Shown in pieces: positions 31,390 to 41,300 of a DNA stretch of 64,000 nt. This DNA is from Candidatus Moraniibacteriota bacterium. Lineage in GTDB: Bacteria; Patescibacteriota; Minisyncoccia; Moranbacterales; GWC2-37-73. How positions within the stretch are numbered: position 1 is the first letter of the stretch; the number at the start of each line of letters is the position of its first letter. The notes below the pieces were generated by a model, which saw nothing but the letters and a program-made list of their open reading frames with translations, was not told the origin of the DNA and ran no database searches. The stretch lies in assembly GCA_035390125.1 (NCBI GenBank), contig DAOOTD010000002.1, forward strand, positions 41,908 to 105,907, written 5' to 3'. The translations under genes and the position numbers were made by a program.

Positions 31390-32373
31390 TTAATTAGCAC
31401 TTATTTCTTTATAGTATGATTGAAAATCATTTTTAAAAAAATCAGCAAATAGGTCTAAATAGGCAGTTGCTTTGTTTGCAATGACTAGCTTTCCCATTGG
31501 GTCGTTTGAACTCAAAGAATAGTCTTTTAATGTCAAAACGCCCTTGATAAGCCTTAAAAATTTTACATGTAAATCAACCATGGTCTCTGGAACCTGGACA
31601 CTACTGACTTGATTTGAAAACGCTTCTAATCTATTACCAAGATCAGAAAAATAGGAGATATTTTCTTTTGAATTTCCAACATCAGCTACCTTTGAAAGGA
31701 AATCTTCTTGAAATGCAGTAAAATCATCTTTTGTTAAAATTTGAACAGGAAGATTATTGGCCATTAGATATAATACCTGATTCAAATATCTTGCGGAGTC
31801 TTCAGCTTCTCTCTTTTTCCTGTCTGCATCACTGAGTGATGAATAATTTTGTTTCAGTATGTTGAGTTGTGTTTCATCAACAAAAGGTAACGTATCCCAA
31901 GTTATAGAATCTCCCATATTTTTAGCAATTTGTTCATCGGCAAAATTGCGCAAATCGGTTACTGAAACATTCTGGCCTTCTTTCGAGGAAACAAATGCAC
32001 TTAAGTTTTGCAAATATTCATCTGTGAGTGTTGAACTGTTGCTAACTGAAGATGTGCTTTTTGAAGAAGCATCAGAAGTCTTTATTCCAGTTTCAATTTT
32101 ATCTCCCGGGGCCGGCTTAAGAGGATCATATCCGCTTTGGACTTCAATGCCATCCGAATAGCTATCATTATCGGTGTCATTTTTGTTAATGTCTGTTCCG
32201 TATAAATTTTCTTCTGTGTTTGTAAGTCCGTCACAATCAGAATCAATATTTTTATCACAAGAATTTGAGTCTGAATCAATATTTTCTGCATATGTAAAAT
32301 AATTGAAACTTGCAAAAAAAATACAAACCATGATTAGGAATAATTTTTTAAGAGTGTTTATTTTTATATACAT
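31390..32373 (-). CDS. Secreted protein with TSP3-like Ca-binding repeats
   Basis: DSDCDGLTNTEE, DTDNDSYSDGIEV..GYDPL. Confidence 0.7.
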   Translation of the reverse strand: MYIKINTLKKLFLIMVCIFFASFNYFTYAENIDSDSNSCDKNIDSDCDGLTNTEENLYGTDINKNDTDNDSYSDGIEVQSGYDPLKPAPGDKIETGIKTSDASSKSTSSVSNSSTLTDEYLQNLSAFVSSKEGQNVSVTDLRNFADEQIAKNMGDSITWDTLPFVDETQLNILKQNYSSLSDADRKKREAEDSARYLNQVLYLMANNLPVQILTKDDFTAFQEDFLSKVADVGNSKENISYFSDLGNRLEAFSNQVSSVQVPETMVDLHVKFLRLIKGVLTLKDYSLSSNDPMGKLVIANKATAYLDLFADFFKNDFQSYYKEISAN

Positions 32374-32651
32374 AACATTTATTATTTTATGTCGTAATTA
32401 TACTATTATTTTTAAAAGCAGTAAAGTATCCTATTTAAAAAATTTAATATATTTCAAAAATATGTTTTTAGGATAAAAATAAAAACGTAATGCACAATTA
32501 ATACACCACGCGTGAAATCTATAATAAATAAAAAATTTATATTTTTTATTATCAGAATTAAATAATTTTAATTTTTAAAAAACATACTAAACAATTAAAA
32601 AAAGAGTACAGCCATTTTTATATTAAGACATAATATATTTATATTGTCAAG

Positions 32652-34229
32652 TTAAATAAAGCTCTTCTTGTTACTTAAAATAAATCCAAATATAAGCCAC
32701 AACAGTATTTGCCCCTGTTGGATATCCCAAAAGTAATGATCGAAAAGCATTATAAAAAGAAATGAAACAAGTACCGCCCTAAAATGATAATTTTCTAAGG
32801 TATTTATTTGTATATTTTTTTCAATAGACTCATTATTTTTAAAGTTACTTAAATTGTTCCACGTGGAACAAATGTCAATTTTTTCACCGAATAGCTTAAA
32901 CAAAAAGATTAAAAAAAGAAAAAGCATCAATATACCAAAATCATTTAATAAAAGCAAAAAAACATTATGGACGGGCTGAAATTGCCATATTTGTACATCT
33001 TTTATTTTTTCTATGTAAGCAATAAATTGTCCACTACCTAATCCTAGAATTGGGTTTAGAGCAAAAATTTGGCTTGAAATACTTGTATAAAATCCTCTTT
33101 CTTGAAGGCTTTTATAAAATATTGAATTCAGATCTGTATTTAGTAGAAAAAATAGAAAGAAAAATATACATAAAATCAAGAAAAATTTTTTAATAAAGAC
33201 TATTTTATTAAAAAAAATGAAATTGTTCCACGTGGAACAATTTTTTTTACAGAGGTAAATAAAAGCTATTATAAGACCTAAGATTGCGGATTTTGAAAAT
33301 GTTAAAAAAATGGCTAAAAACTGAATTAATATAATGAAAAAAAATATAAATGTTTCACGTGGAACATTTATATTAAAAACATTAATAAATAACATTTTTT
33401 CAGGTGCTTTTTTAAGCCTTGAAAATTGTTCCACGCGGAACAATTTAAAATATAGTATAGATATGATTATAGAAAAAACTAAAAAACCTCCAAGTATATT
33501 TGGATGAGGAAAAAGACCGTAAGCTCTCAGGTATGTTGATCCATTTATGATAATTTTAGCGACTCCTGTTAATTGAGTTGAAATAATGCTTTCTTTCAGC
33601 CATATTAAACCTAGGGATTGTTGGCTTAAAATCTGAATTATTCCGATAATTGATTGTAATATACCTATTCCTATAATTATCTTAAAAATTATTCTAAGCC
33701 TATATAAATGTTCCACGTGGAACATTTTGCTTATATAAATAAAAAGTAGAACAAATTCGAGAATTTTTAATGATCTAAATAGAGCAATTTGGTGACTTTC
33801 TGACCATAGGATAGATATAAAAGAAAAAATAACTAAAAATAAAGGAAAAAATAATAGTAAGTTGTGATTAAATTGTTGATAAAGGTTTTTTAAACATGAA
33901 AAAAGATTATTAAATGTTTTTTTATTTAATATTTTGTTGTAATTGTTCCACGTGGAACAATTTATTTTTAGAGTAGAAAAAGCTGTCAATATTGACAGAA
34001 TACTATTTTTATTGCATAATATTAAAAACCAAGTAAATAATGTCAGAAAAAGGAATATGTCAGACAAGTATATGTATACTCCCATATATTCATTAAATAC
34101 ACCTTTTACAGGATAATAGAAAAGCACTTTTCTTATGGATAATGTGCTTGTGGCAAGAAAAGCACAAAAAAACCAAAAATCTGGTTTTTTTCTAAAAGAG
34201 ATTAAAGTTTTTCTGATTAAATCAGTCAT
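32652..34229 (-). CDS. O-antigen ligase family protein carrying six internal parS sites
   Basis: RAYGLFPHPNILGG, TFSKSA, GLGSGQF, PVHNVFL, FDHYFW; start 34229 or 34265. Confidence 0.82.
   Translation of the reverse strand: MTDLIRKTLISFRKKPDFWFFCAFLATSTLSIRKVLFYYPVKGVFNEYMGVYIYLSDIFLFLTLFTWFLILCNKNSILSILTAFSTLKINCSTWNNYNKILNKKTFNNLFSCLKNLYQQFNHNLLLFFPLFLVIFSFISILWSESHQIALFRSLKILEFVLLFIYISKMFHVEHLYRLRIIFKIIIGIGILQSIIGIIQILSQQSLGLIWLKESIISTQLTGVAKIIINGSTYLRAYGLFPHPNILGGFLVFSIIISILYFKLFRVEQFSRLKKAPEKMLFINVFNINVPRETFIFFFIILIQFLAIFLTFSKSAILGLIIAFIYLCKKNCSTWNNFIFFNKIVFIKKFFLILCIFFFLFFLLNTDLNSIFYKSLQERGFYTSISSQIFALNPILGLGSGQFIAYIEKIKDVQIWQFQPVHNVFLLLLNDFGILMLFLFLIFLFKLFGEKIDICSTWNNLSNFKNNESIEKNIQINTLENYHFRAVLVSFLFIMLFDHYFWDIQQGQILLWLIFGFILSNKKSFI
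32855..33959. promoter_or_regulatory. parS: parS cluster (six sites)
   Basis: TGTTCCACGTGGAACA at 32855, 33224, 33709, 33944; TGTTTCACGTGGAACA at 33351; TGTTCCACGCGGAACA at 33427. Confidence 0.9.
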
Positions 34230-34316
34230 ATTCTTATTATAATGTATTTTTAGCAAAAAAAACATTGACCTATTTTTTATGGTTGTTATGATAGAAAGAG
34301 CTCAAGTTTGAAACAC

Positions 34317-34387
34317 GGGCCTATAGTAAAATGGTATTACGCGTCCATGGCATGGATGAAGCTGGAGTTCAATTCTCCATAGGTCCA
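34317..34387 (+). tRNA. tRNA-Ala(GGC)
   Basis: Cloverleaf, G3:U70 pair, GGC anticodon. Confidence 0.93.
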
Positions 34388-34415
34388 CAGAATAAAAAAT
34401 TAAAAATTAAATCAA

Positions 34416-34487
34416 GCCCCCATAGCTCAACGGATAGAGCGGATCCGTCCTAAGGATACGATGTGTGTTCAATTCATGCTGGGGGCA
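34416..34487 (+). tRNA. tRNA-Arg(CCT)
   Basis: Cloverleaf; loop GTCCTAA. Confidence 0.9.
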
Positions 34488-34497
34488 CAAAAGCTAA

Positions 34498-35946
34498 ATG
34501 ATAAAAAAAATTCCAAAATCAATAATCAATGTTTTGGATAAAATAGAAAAAGCTGGATTCGAAGCTTATATTGTTGGGGGTTCCGTGCGTGATTTATTGA
34601 TGAAACGTGAAGTCAGGGATTGGGATATAACAACCAATGCTAAGCCTAGAGATATTTTAGAAATTTTTACGGAAAGTTTTTATGAAAATGATTTTGGGAC
34701 GGTGGGAGTGAAAATAAAAGAAAAAGGAATAACAAAAAATATTGTAGAAATAACAACTTATCGTACCGAATCACAATATTCAGACAAAAGACATCCAGAC
34801 AAAATAAAATTCGCCAAAACCATAGAAGAAGATTTGAGTCGCAGGGATTTTACCATGAATGCTTTAGCTGCAAGAGTCAAAAAAAATAGTTTTGAAGTGG
34901 TTGATCTCTTTAATGGACAAAATGATATTAAAAATAAAATCATTCGTGCAGTGGGAGATGCTGAAAGCAGATTTTCTGAAGATGCTCTCCGCATGATGCG
35001 TGCAGTTCGTTTCCAAGCTGAATTGGGCTTTTCTATTGAAGAAAAAACTTTAGAGGCCATTAAAAAAAATGCACAGCTTATCAAGTTGGTTGCTTTGGAA
35101 AGGATTAAAGATGAATTAACCCGCATAATCATTTCAGAAAATCCTGCAGGAGGAATTGATGCTATGCAAAAAACTGGTCTGCTTTCTTATATAATGCCGG
35201 AGCTTGAGAAAGGAATCGGGGTAGCTCAAAACAGGCATCATATACATACTATATACAAGCACAGCCTTTTAGCTCTCAAATATTGCCCATCAAAAAATGT
35301 AAGTGTAAGATTGGCGGCGCTTCTGCATGACATCGCAAAACCACAGACAAAAAGAGGTGAGGGCACATATGCAACATTTTATAACCATGATCATGTGGGC
35401 GCATGTGTGGCGGAAAAAATTCTTTCTAGACTAAGATTTTCAAAAGAAATCATAGAAAAGGTGAAACTGCTTGTGGATAATCATATGTTTTATTACAATC
35501 CCGACGAGGTTGGTGAAAGTAGCGTAAGAAAGCTTATAAAAAAAGTCGGGTTGGAAAACATTAAAGACTTGATCGAACTTAGAATCGCTGATCGCCTGGG
35601 AAGTGGAACTCCGAAAGCAAAACCTTATAAACTGAGGCATTTGGAATATATGATAGATAGGGTTTCGCACGATGCGGTTTCAGTCAAAATGCTTAAAATA
35701 AATGGCAATGATCTTATAAAAAAAATAAAAATTAAACCTGGTCCTAAAATAGGCGCTATCCTAGACGTTCTTTTAGCTGAAGTTATTGAAAATCCTGAAA
35801 AAAATGAAAAAAAACATCTCCTCGCTTTAGCCGAAGAATTGAGTAAAAAAGACCTGACAAATCTTCGTGAAATGGCGCAGGAAAAAATAGAAGATAGAAA
35901 AGAAGAAAATGACAAAGAGATAAAAAATAAATATTGGGTAAAATAA
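34498..35946 (+). CDS. cca: CCA tRNA nucleotidyltransferase with HD domain
   Basis: VGGSVRD, DWDITT, RRDFTMNA, EDALRMMR, LLHDIAK. Confidence 0.92.
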   Translation: MIKKIPKSIINVLDKIEKAGFEAYIVGGSVRDLLMKREVRDWDITTNAKPRDILEIFTESFYENDFGTVGVKIKEKGITKNIVEITTYRTESQYSDKRHPDKIKFAKTIEEDLSRRDFTMNALAARVKKNSFEVVDLFNGQNDIKNKIIRAVGDAESRFSEDALRMMRAVRFQAELGFSIEEKTLEAIKKNAQLIKLVALERIKDELTRIIISENPAGGIDAMQKTGLLSYIMPELEKGIGVAQNRHHIHTIYKHSLLALKYCPSKNVSVRLAALLHDIAKPQTKRGEGTYATFYNHDHVGACVAEKILSRLRFSKEIIEKVKLLVDNHMFYYNPDEVGESSVRKLIKKVGLENIKDLIELRIADRLGSGTPKAKPYKLRHLEYMIDRVSHDAVSVKMLKINGNDLIKKIKIKPGPKIGAILDVLLAEVIENPEKNEKKHLLALAEELSKKDLTNLREMAQEKIEDRKEENDKEIKNKYWVK

Positions 35947-35948
35947 TT

Positions 35949-36965
35949 ATGCAAATCAATAGAAAAAGCAAGATAATTTTTTGTTGGGCATTATTTTTTA
36001 TTATTGTTTTTCTGGTTGTTTTCAAAGATCAAATGATTTTAAAAACTCATGCTTATTTTTCAATTAGGAAAAGCTTGTCTTATATTTTTTCTCAGCAATC
36101 GGAAAACGGAGAATTTAAAACATATGCCTGCAAGAACGAAAACATGGATGAATGTATTTTAGATTCCACATCTTATAATGTTTCCATGGTGATTAATTCA
36201 ATACAAAATATAAAAATAAAAAAGTCAAAGAAGAATATAATTTTAAAAAAGGGAGCCAATTTTTTATTAAAGAGCCAGGAAAAAAATGGAGCATGGCATT
36301 ATTGGACAAGTAAAGTTTTAAAAGGATTTATAATACCGCCGGACGTCGATGATACAGTAAATGCTTCTTATGCTTTGCTTAAAAATAATATCAAATTTAT
36401 CGACAATAAAGATTTGATAGAAAAAAATAGAGACGAAAGAGGACTTTTCTATACTTACATAAGAGAAAAACACACCGGATTTGACCCGGATATTGATTGT
36501 GTCGTAAATATAAGCGCACTGCTGTATTTGCAGAGCAATGATCCGAGGATATGTTCATATATAAATGAATCAATACGTTCTGAAAATAAGTGTTCCCCGT
36601 ATTATTATCCGGATAGACTGGGGATGTACTATTTTTTATCCAGGGCATATACAAACGGCATAACATGTCTAGGAGATGAAAAAAATATTATTATTTCTTC
36701 CATATTGAAAAAGCAAAATAAAGATGGATCTTTTGGTAATGATTTGCAAAATGGATTAGCAATCAACGCTCTTTTGGATATGGGCTATTCTGGTCCGGAA
36801 ATAAAAAAAGGAATTTCATTGATAATAAAAAATCAGAAAGAAGATGGTTCCTGGGAAAATGAAAGTTTTTGGATGGGTATGCAACCATATCAACACAACG
36901 GATCACCCGTATTAACAACAGCTATAAATAGTGAAGCGCTAAATAAATATTTGTTTAAATTATAG
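35949..36965 (+). CDS. Terpene cyclase/prenyltransferase-like alpha-barrel protein
   Basis: QW repeats (QEKNGAW, QNKDGSF, QKEDGSW), PPDVDDT; N-terminal TM. Confidence 0.7.
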   Translation: MQINRKSKIIFCWALFFIIVFLVVFKDQMILKTHAYFSIRKSLSYIFSQQSENGEFKTYACKNENMDECILDSTSYNVSMVINSIQNIKIKKSKKNIILKKGANFLLKSQEKNGAWHYWTSKVLKGFIIPPDVDDTVNASYALLKNNIKFIDNKDLIEKNRDERGLFYTYIREKHTGFDPDIDCVVNISALLYLQSNDPRICSYINESIRSENKCSPYYYPDRLGMYYFLSRAYTNGITCLGDEKNIIISSILKKQNKDGSFGNDLQNGLAINALLDMGYSGPEIKKGISLIIKNQKEDGSWENESFWMGMQPYQHNGSPVLTTAINSEALNKYLFKL

Positions 36966-38588
36966 CGAAGAAACAAACAAAAGAAGCAGATATAAAAATA
37001 TAGATAGAAATATATATTTTTCCTGGTATATTTTTTTAATAAATAGATAAAATAAGAACGAGGCTATTAAAATAGAAAAAAACAACATTGAGTACATCTT
37101 TAATATAATAGGTATAGTAATAATAACGATAGCACATAAAGTTGCAATTATGTATTTCGCATTTTTAAGCCCAAAAACAACCGGAATAGTTTTTATGTTT
37201 TCATAACTATCTCCTTCAAAATCTTTTATATCTTTAAGGTTTGAAACAAGAGCATAAGAAATTCCCAGGATGACGATAGCTTTTATAGGAAAAACGAAAA
37301 AAGATTGATTCGGGGAAACTAGGAAAAATCCCGACATTGCAACTGAAATAGTAGCAAAACCAATCAAAATAGAAGAAAACAAGAAATGCTTCTTTAGTCT
37401 TAATGGCTTGGCGGAATAAATATAGTAGGGGGCTTGCGCTAAAAGAAGCAAAAAAGCGGTGGCATTATTCAAGGTGGCCAGACCAAAGGCGATAAAGATG
37501 CAAAGAACAACTTGGGCTGTATGCCATTCTTGTTCTGAGAATTCTTTTTTTACAAGAGGTCTTTCAGGATTTGATATTTTGTCGATCTCGATGTCTTCCG
37601 CATCATTGATAAAAACAGCCAGCCAGATATTCAAAGCAATCAATGAAAAAAACAATAATAAGGAAATAAAATTTACGGGATTTTGCAAATTAATACTTCC
37701 GAACATTTTTTGGTTTATAATAATTCCAATGGTTGCAATAATAAACCAGTATGCAATTCTTTCTATGCGCAAGTTTTTTTTGAAAGAACTCCAAAGGCGC
37801 TTATTGGTTATAAATAGTATTATTATTATTTCAATGAATATATATATCCAAAAGAAACGTGCGATTGCAATCTCATTCCAAAAATTTAATGTAGTCGGAG
37901 TTATCAAAAAACTGTCCAGATTATTAGAAATATTTTCAAATGAATTGGTTATCCAGCTGTCTTTTAAAATAAAAGCATAGGAAGATATGGCAGACTGGTC
38001 ATGAATAAAATTTTTATTTCCGAAAAAAGAAATTATGCTTGGAATCACAGCATCAACAAAAAGGATTGCATAACCTGCTATTATTGAAAATAAAGATTTT
38101 GAAACACTTCTTGTTTTTTTATAAATAAAAATAGCTAAGGATATAAAAATGGCATAAGCCCCAATATGCTGACCAAGTGTTATTCCTTGTCCGCTGAAAG
38201 GATTCATTATTTTAAAAAAGGTTACTAAAATTTCATTTGTTTCGGTAACTAAATAAATTGGCGGACTAGTCTTGCCTATTGTAAAAACGAGATCAGTCAG
38301 TGGTACTAACAAAATAAACAGAAATACTTTTGTTAAAAAATTTAAAACATCTTTGAAGGATATTTTTGTAAGGAGATAAACTAAAATTGAGAGTGCAAGA
38401 AAAACAGAAAAATAATATAAAGAAGCATGGACAGCTCTTTCATAAGGCAGAAAATAATTACCTGTACTTTGGTAAGCTAATTTATCCAGGGGCATTCTTA
38501 TGCCGATTATGCAGAAAACGGTAAATATGACCTTAAGTAAAGAAAAATCACTGTCGTTTTCAGATGCTTCATTATTTGAATTTGACAT
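36960..38588 (-). CDS. UbiA family prenyltransferase with N-terminal membrane extension
   Basis: NDAEDIEIDKISNPERPL, YSAKPLRLK, KDIKDFEGD, TIPVVFG. Confidence 0.85.
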   Translation of the reverse strand: MSNSNNEASENDSDFSLLKVIFTVFCIIGIRMPLDKLAYQSTGNYFLPYERAVHASLYYFSVFLALSILVYLLTKISFKDVLNFLTKVFLFILLVPLTDLVFTIGKTSPPIYLVTETNEILVTFFKIMNPFSGQGITLGQHIGAYAIFISLAIFIYKKTRSVSKSLFSIIAGYAILFVDAVIPSIISFFGNKNFIHDQSAISSYAFILKDSWITNSFENISNNLDSFLITPTTLNFWNEIAIARFFWIYIFIEIIIILFITNKRLWSSFKKNLRIERIAYWFIIATIGIIINQKMFGSINLQNPVNFISLLLFFSLIALNIWLAVFINDAEDIEIDKISNPERPLVKKEFSEQEWHTAQVVLCIFIAFGLATLNNATAFLLLLAQAPYYIYSAKPLRLKKHFLFSSILIGFATISVAMSGFFLVSPNQSFFVFPIKAIVILGISYALVSNLKDIKDFEGDSYENIKTIPVVFGLKNAKYIIATLCAIVIITIPIILKMYSMLFFSILIASFLFYLFIKKIYQEKYIFLSIFLYLLLLFVSSL

Positions 38589-38637
38589 ATGTTTCGAAAG
38601 GTTTATCTTAAGAGTAATACAAAATCTTAATATTATT

Positions 38638-38934
38638 ATGAGGCTAAAATTCGAAAATATCAAGGAAAATTCAGCTATGCTAATGCGCAAGGCAGGATAT
38701 ATTTTTCAGCATAAGGAAGGGGCAAAGATGAGTTTTATTAAGCCTCTTGCCAGAAGTGGTTATCCTCGTTTCCATGCATATATTGAAGTCGATGGTGCTA
38801 ACCTGATTCTGAATTTGCATTTAGATCAGAAAAAAGTGACTTATGGAAGAGCAACGAGGCATCATGGTGAGTATGAAGACAGCGATTTAGTAAAAAACGA
38901 AGCAGAAAGAATAAAAAAGACAGCGAATCCATAA
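38638..38934 (+). CDS. Hypothetical protein
   Basis: YPRFHAY...LHLDQK...HHGEY; ATG at 38638 avoids overlap with the UbiA gene. Confidence 0.7.
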   Translation: MRLKFENIKENSAMLMRKAGYIFQHKEGAKMSFIKPLARSGYPRFHAYIEVDGANLILNLHLDQKKVTYGRATRHHGEYEDSDLVKNEAERIKKTANP

Positions 38935-38972
38935 TTGACTTAATGGAATAATTTGGATAGAATCTTATTTAT

Positions 38973-39054
38973 GCCGCGGTGGTGGAATTGGTATACACGC
39001 CAGTCTTAGGAACTGGTAGAGCAATCTGTGCGAGTTCGAGTCTCGCTCGCGGCA
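38973..39054 (+). tRNA. tRNA-Leu(TAG)
   Basis: Cloverleaf with variable arm; CCAGT-CTTAGGA-ACTGG. Confidence 0.95.
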
Positions 39055-39094
39055 CCGGCTTAAAATTAAATAAAATTTTTTAAAGGAGGTTAAT

Positions 39095-39274
39095 GTGGCC
39101 AGAAGAGAAGATATTTGCAAGTTTTGTGGTCATCCAAAGGAGGATCACACATCGAAGCTTTTTCATGAATACAAGTTAAAGTACAAGGATACTGAAAAGG
39201 CTTGGAAAGTGCTAAAGGAAATTCACCCCAAACTTCTAAAATGTTTTGGTTTCAAACCAGCTGATAAGAATTAA
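39095..39274 (+). CDS. 59-aa putative zinc-binding small protein (not in ORF track)
   Basis: AAAGGAGGT SD, GTG start, MARREDICKFCGHPKEDH...C. Confidence 0.65.
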   Translation: MARREDICKFCGHPKEDHTSKLFHEYKLKYKDTEKAWKVLKEIHPKLLKCFGFKPADKN

Positions 39275-39341
39275 CAATAAGCCAAAAGAAGAGAGTGTGC
39301 TTATTTTTCGCACTCTCTTTATCTAATTTTTTATTCTAAAT

Positions 39342-40271
39342 ATGCAAAATATAGTAGTTAAAAAAAAATTTGCAGATATCCGATTAGACAAATTCCTTTC
39401 CAAGGAATTTTTTTCGCATACTCGCGGAGAAATTATTAAAAAAATAAAAGAGGAAAAAATTTCAGTTAATGGTAAAAAAACAAAACCTAGCTATATTCTC
39501 AAGGAAAATGATATTGTCGGATTGAAAAATTTTTCAAAGGAAGGTGCTGATAAAAAACTTATTAAAAATAGCAAAATTCCTTTGGAAATAATATTTGAAA
39601 ACAGTGATATTGTCGTTATCAATAAACAAGCAGGAATACAGGTTCACCCAAGTCACAATGAAAAAATAAACACTATAGCTAACGCACTTTTGGCACATTT
39701 TCCTGAGATTGCCAAGGTTCATGACGATTCTGTTGGTGGTGAGTCTCGACCTGGCATAGTACACAGGCTCGACAAAGATACTTCCGGGGTTATGGTAATT
39801 GCACGCAATAAAAAAACATTCAATGAATTGAAAAAAAAATTTAAAGACAGAAGCATTTCCAAAAAATATGTTGCAATTTGTGAAGGAATTTTTGAAAAAA
39901 AGCAGGGAGTCATAAAAAAACCCATCGCACGCTCTTCGAATTACCGCAAACAGATTATCGCCAAAAAAAATACGAAAACAAAAATAAGGCCTGCCGAAAC
40001 AGAATATAAAGTCATAAAGGAATCAAAGGAATATTCTTTTGTTGAGGTGGTTCCAAAAACGGGCAGGATGCATCAGATCAGGCTTCATCTTGCTTCGATG
40101 GGTCATCCAGTAGTGGGAGATTTATTGTATAAAAATAGGGGAGATAAAGACAAAGCAAAACGGCAACTTCTGCATGCTGAAAAATTGGAATTTGAAATTT
40201 TTAATAAAAAATATACTTTTTTAGTTCCATTGCCACAAGATTTCATCGATTTTTTGGCTAATATTGACTAA
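39342..40271 (+). CDS. RluA-family pseudouridine synthase (RluD-like)
   Basis: S4 domain, VHRLDKDTSG, TGRMHQIR. Confidence 0.93.
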   Translation: MQNIVVKKKFADIRLDKFLSKEFFSHTRGEIIKKIKEEKISVNGKKTKPSYILKENDIVGLKNFSKEGADKKLIKNSKIPLEIIFENSDIVVINKQAGIQVHPSHNEKINTIANALLAHFPEIAKVHDDSVGGESRPGIVHRLDKDTSGVMVIARNKKTFNELKKKFKDRSISKKYVAICEGIFEKKQGVIKKPIARSSNYRKQIIAKKNTKTKIRPAETEYKVIKESKEYSFVEVVPKTGRMHQIRLHLASMGHPVVGDLLYKNRGDKDKAKRQLLHAEKLEFEIFNKKYTFLVPLPQDFIDFLANID

Positions 40272-40325
40272 ACTTTATTTTTTTATTATTATAAAATAGC
40301 TTTTTAATTTACATTTAACTTATTT

Positions 40326-40370
40326 TCCGATGCCTCCTGAGGGCTGTTTTAGCAGTATGCTCATGTCGGA
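40326..40370 (+). promoter_or_regulatory. Hairpin leader upstream of rplS
   Basis: TCCGA..TGAG..CTCA..TCGGA nested stem. Confidence 0.4.
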
Positions 40371-40383
40371 TTGGGATTAAAAT

Positions 40384-40842
40384 ATGAACAAGAAATTATT
40401 GGAATTCAACATGTTACAAAAAACTTCAAAAATGCCAGTTTTTAGAGCTGGTGATGTGGTTAAGGTTTATCGAAAAATTGTTGAAGGCGGGAAAGAAAGA
40501 TCTCAGGTTTTTGAGGGTATGATCATTGCAGTTAAAGGTAACCAAAGCTCATCTACAATGATAACTGTGCGTAAAGTATCAAACGGGGTTGGAGTAGAAA
40601 TTATCGTACCTATCCAGTCACCAAATATTGAGAAAATAGTCCTTGTAAAAAGAGCCAAAGTCCGTCAAGGAAAACTATATTTTATTCGTGAAAAAAGCGC
40701 CAAGTCTTTAAAAATGAAATATAAAGATTTAGCTGCTGTGGCCAAGGTTGAAGAAGAGATTGTCCCGGAGGTTCAAGTAGAAACTAAAACTGAAACAGTA
40801 GAAAATACCGAAAATAAAGCTGAAGAAAAAAAGGAAAACTAA
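40384..40842 (+). CDS. rplS: 50S ribosomal protein L19
   Basis: FRAGDVVKV, FEGMIIA, VRQGKLYFIR. Confidence 0.96.
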   Translation: MNKKLLEFNMLQKTSKMPVFRAGDVVKVYRKIVEGGKERSQVFEGMIIAVKGNQSSSTMITVRKVSNGVGVEIIVPIQSPNIEKIVLVKRAKVRQGKLYFIREKSAKSLKMKYKDLAAVAKVEEEIVPEVQVETKTETVENTENKAEEKKEN

Positions 40843-40856
40843 TTATATTTTCTTTT

Positions 40857-40937
40857 GGGGATATGGTGGAATTGGTATACACACACGTTTGAGGGGCGTG
40901 ACCGAAAGGTGTGAGGGTTCGAGTCCCTCTATCCCCA
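40857..40937 (+). tRNA. tRNA-Leu(GAG)
   Basis: Cloverleaf with variable arm. Confidence 0.95.
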
Positions 40938-40948
40938 CGTGTTCAAAA

Positions 40949-41025
40949 GGATGTTTAGCTCAGTTGGCTAGAGCACTTCTCTTACAAAGAAGGGGTCACT
41001 GGTTCGAGTCCAGTAACATCCACCA
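40949..41025 (+). tRNA. tRNA-Val(TAC)
   Basis: Cloverleaf, encoded CCA. Confidence 0.95.
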
Positions 41026-41040
41026 TGCAAAAAAGATAGA

Positions 41041-41112
41041 GCCGAAATAGCTCAGCGGTAGAGCGAAGGACTGAAAATCCTTGCGTCGGCAGTTCAACTC
41101 TGCCTTTCGGCA
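41041..41112 (+). tRNA. tRNA-Phe(GAA)
   Basis: AAGGA-CTGAAAA-TCCTT. Confidence 0.95.
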
Positions 41113-41141
41113 CATTTTAAAAATCAAAGATTGAGCTAAGA

Positions 41142-41213
41142 GGGACCATAGCTCAGCGGTAGAGCAGGCGACTCATAATCGCTTGGTCATAGGTTCGAAT
41201 CCTATTGGTCCCA
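41142..41213 (+). tRNA. tRNA with CAT anticodon, probably Ile2 (lysidine)
   Basis: GGCGACTCATAATCGCTTGGTC as in Ile2 tRNAs; tilS is present in the window. Confidence 0.85.
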
Positions 41214-41228
41214 CAAGAATTTAAAAAT

Positions 41229-41300
41229 GCGGGTATCGTATAGTGGCTATTATACGTCCTTGCCAAGGATGAGACGGCAGTTCGATTCTGCTTACCCGCT
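41229..41300 (+). tRNA. tRNA-Gly(GCC), integration target
   Basis: GCGGGTA/TACCCGC acceptor stem, GCC anticodon, U73. Confidence 0.95.

Noticed and set aside
32504-32519. Seventh parS site (CACCACGCGTGAAATC)
   Set aside because: Too many mismatches to the consensus
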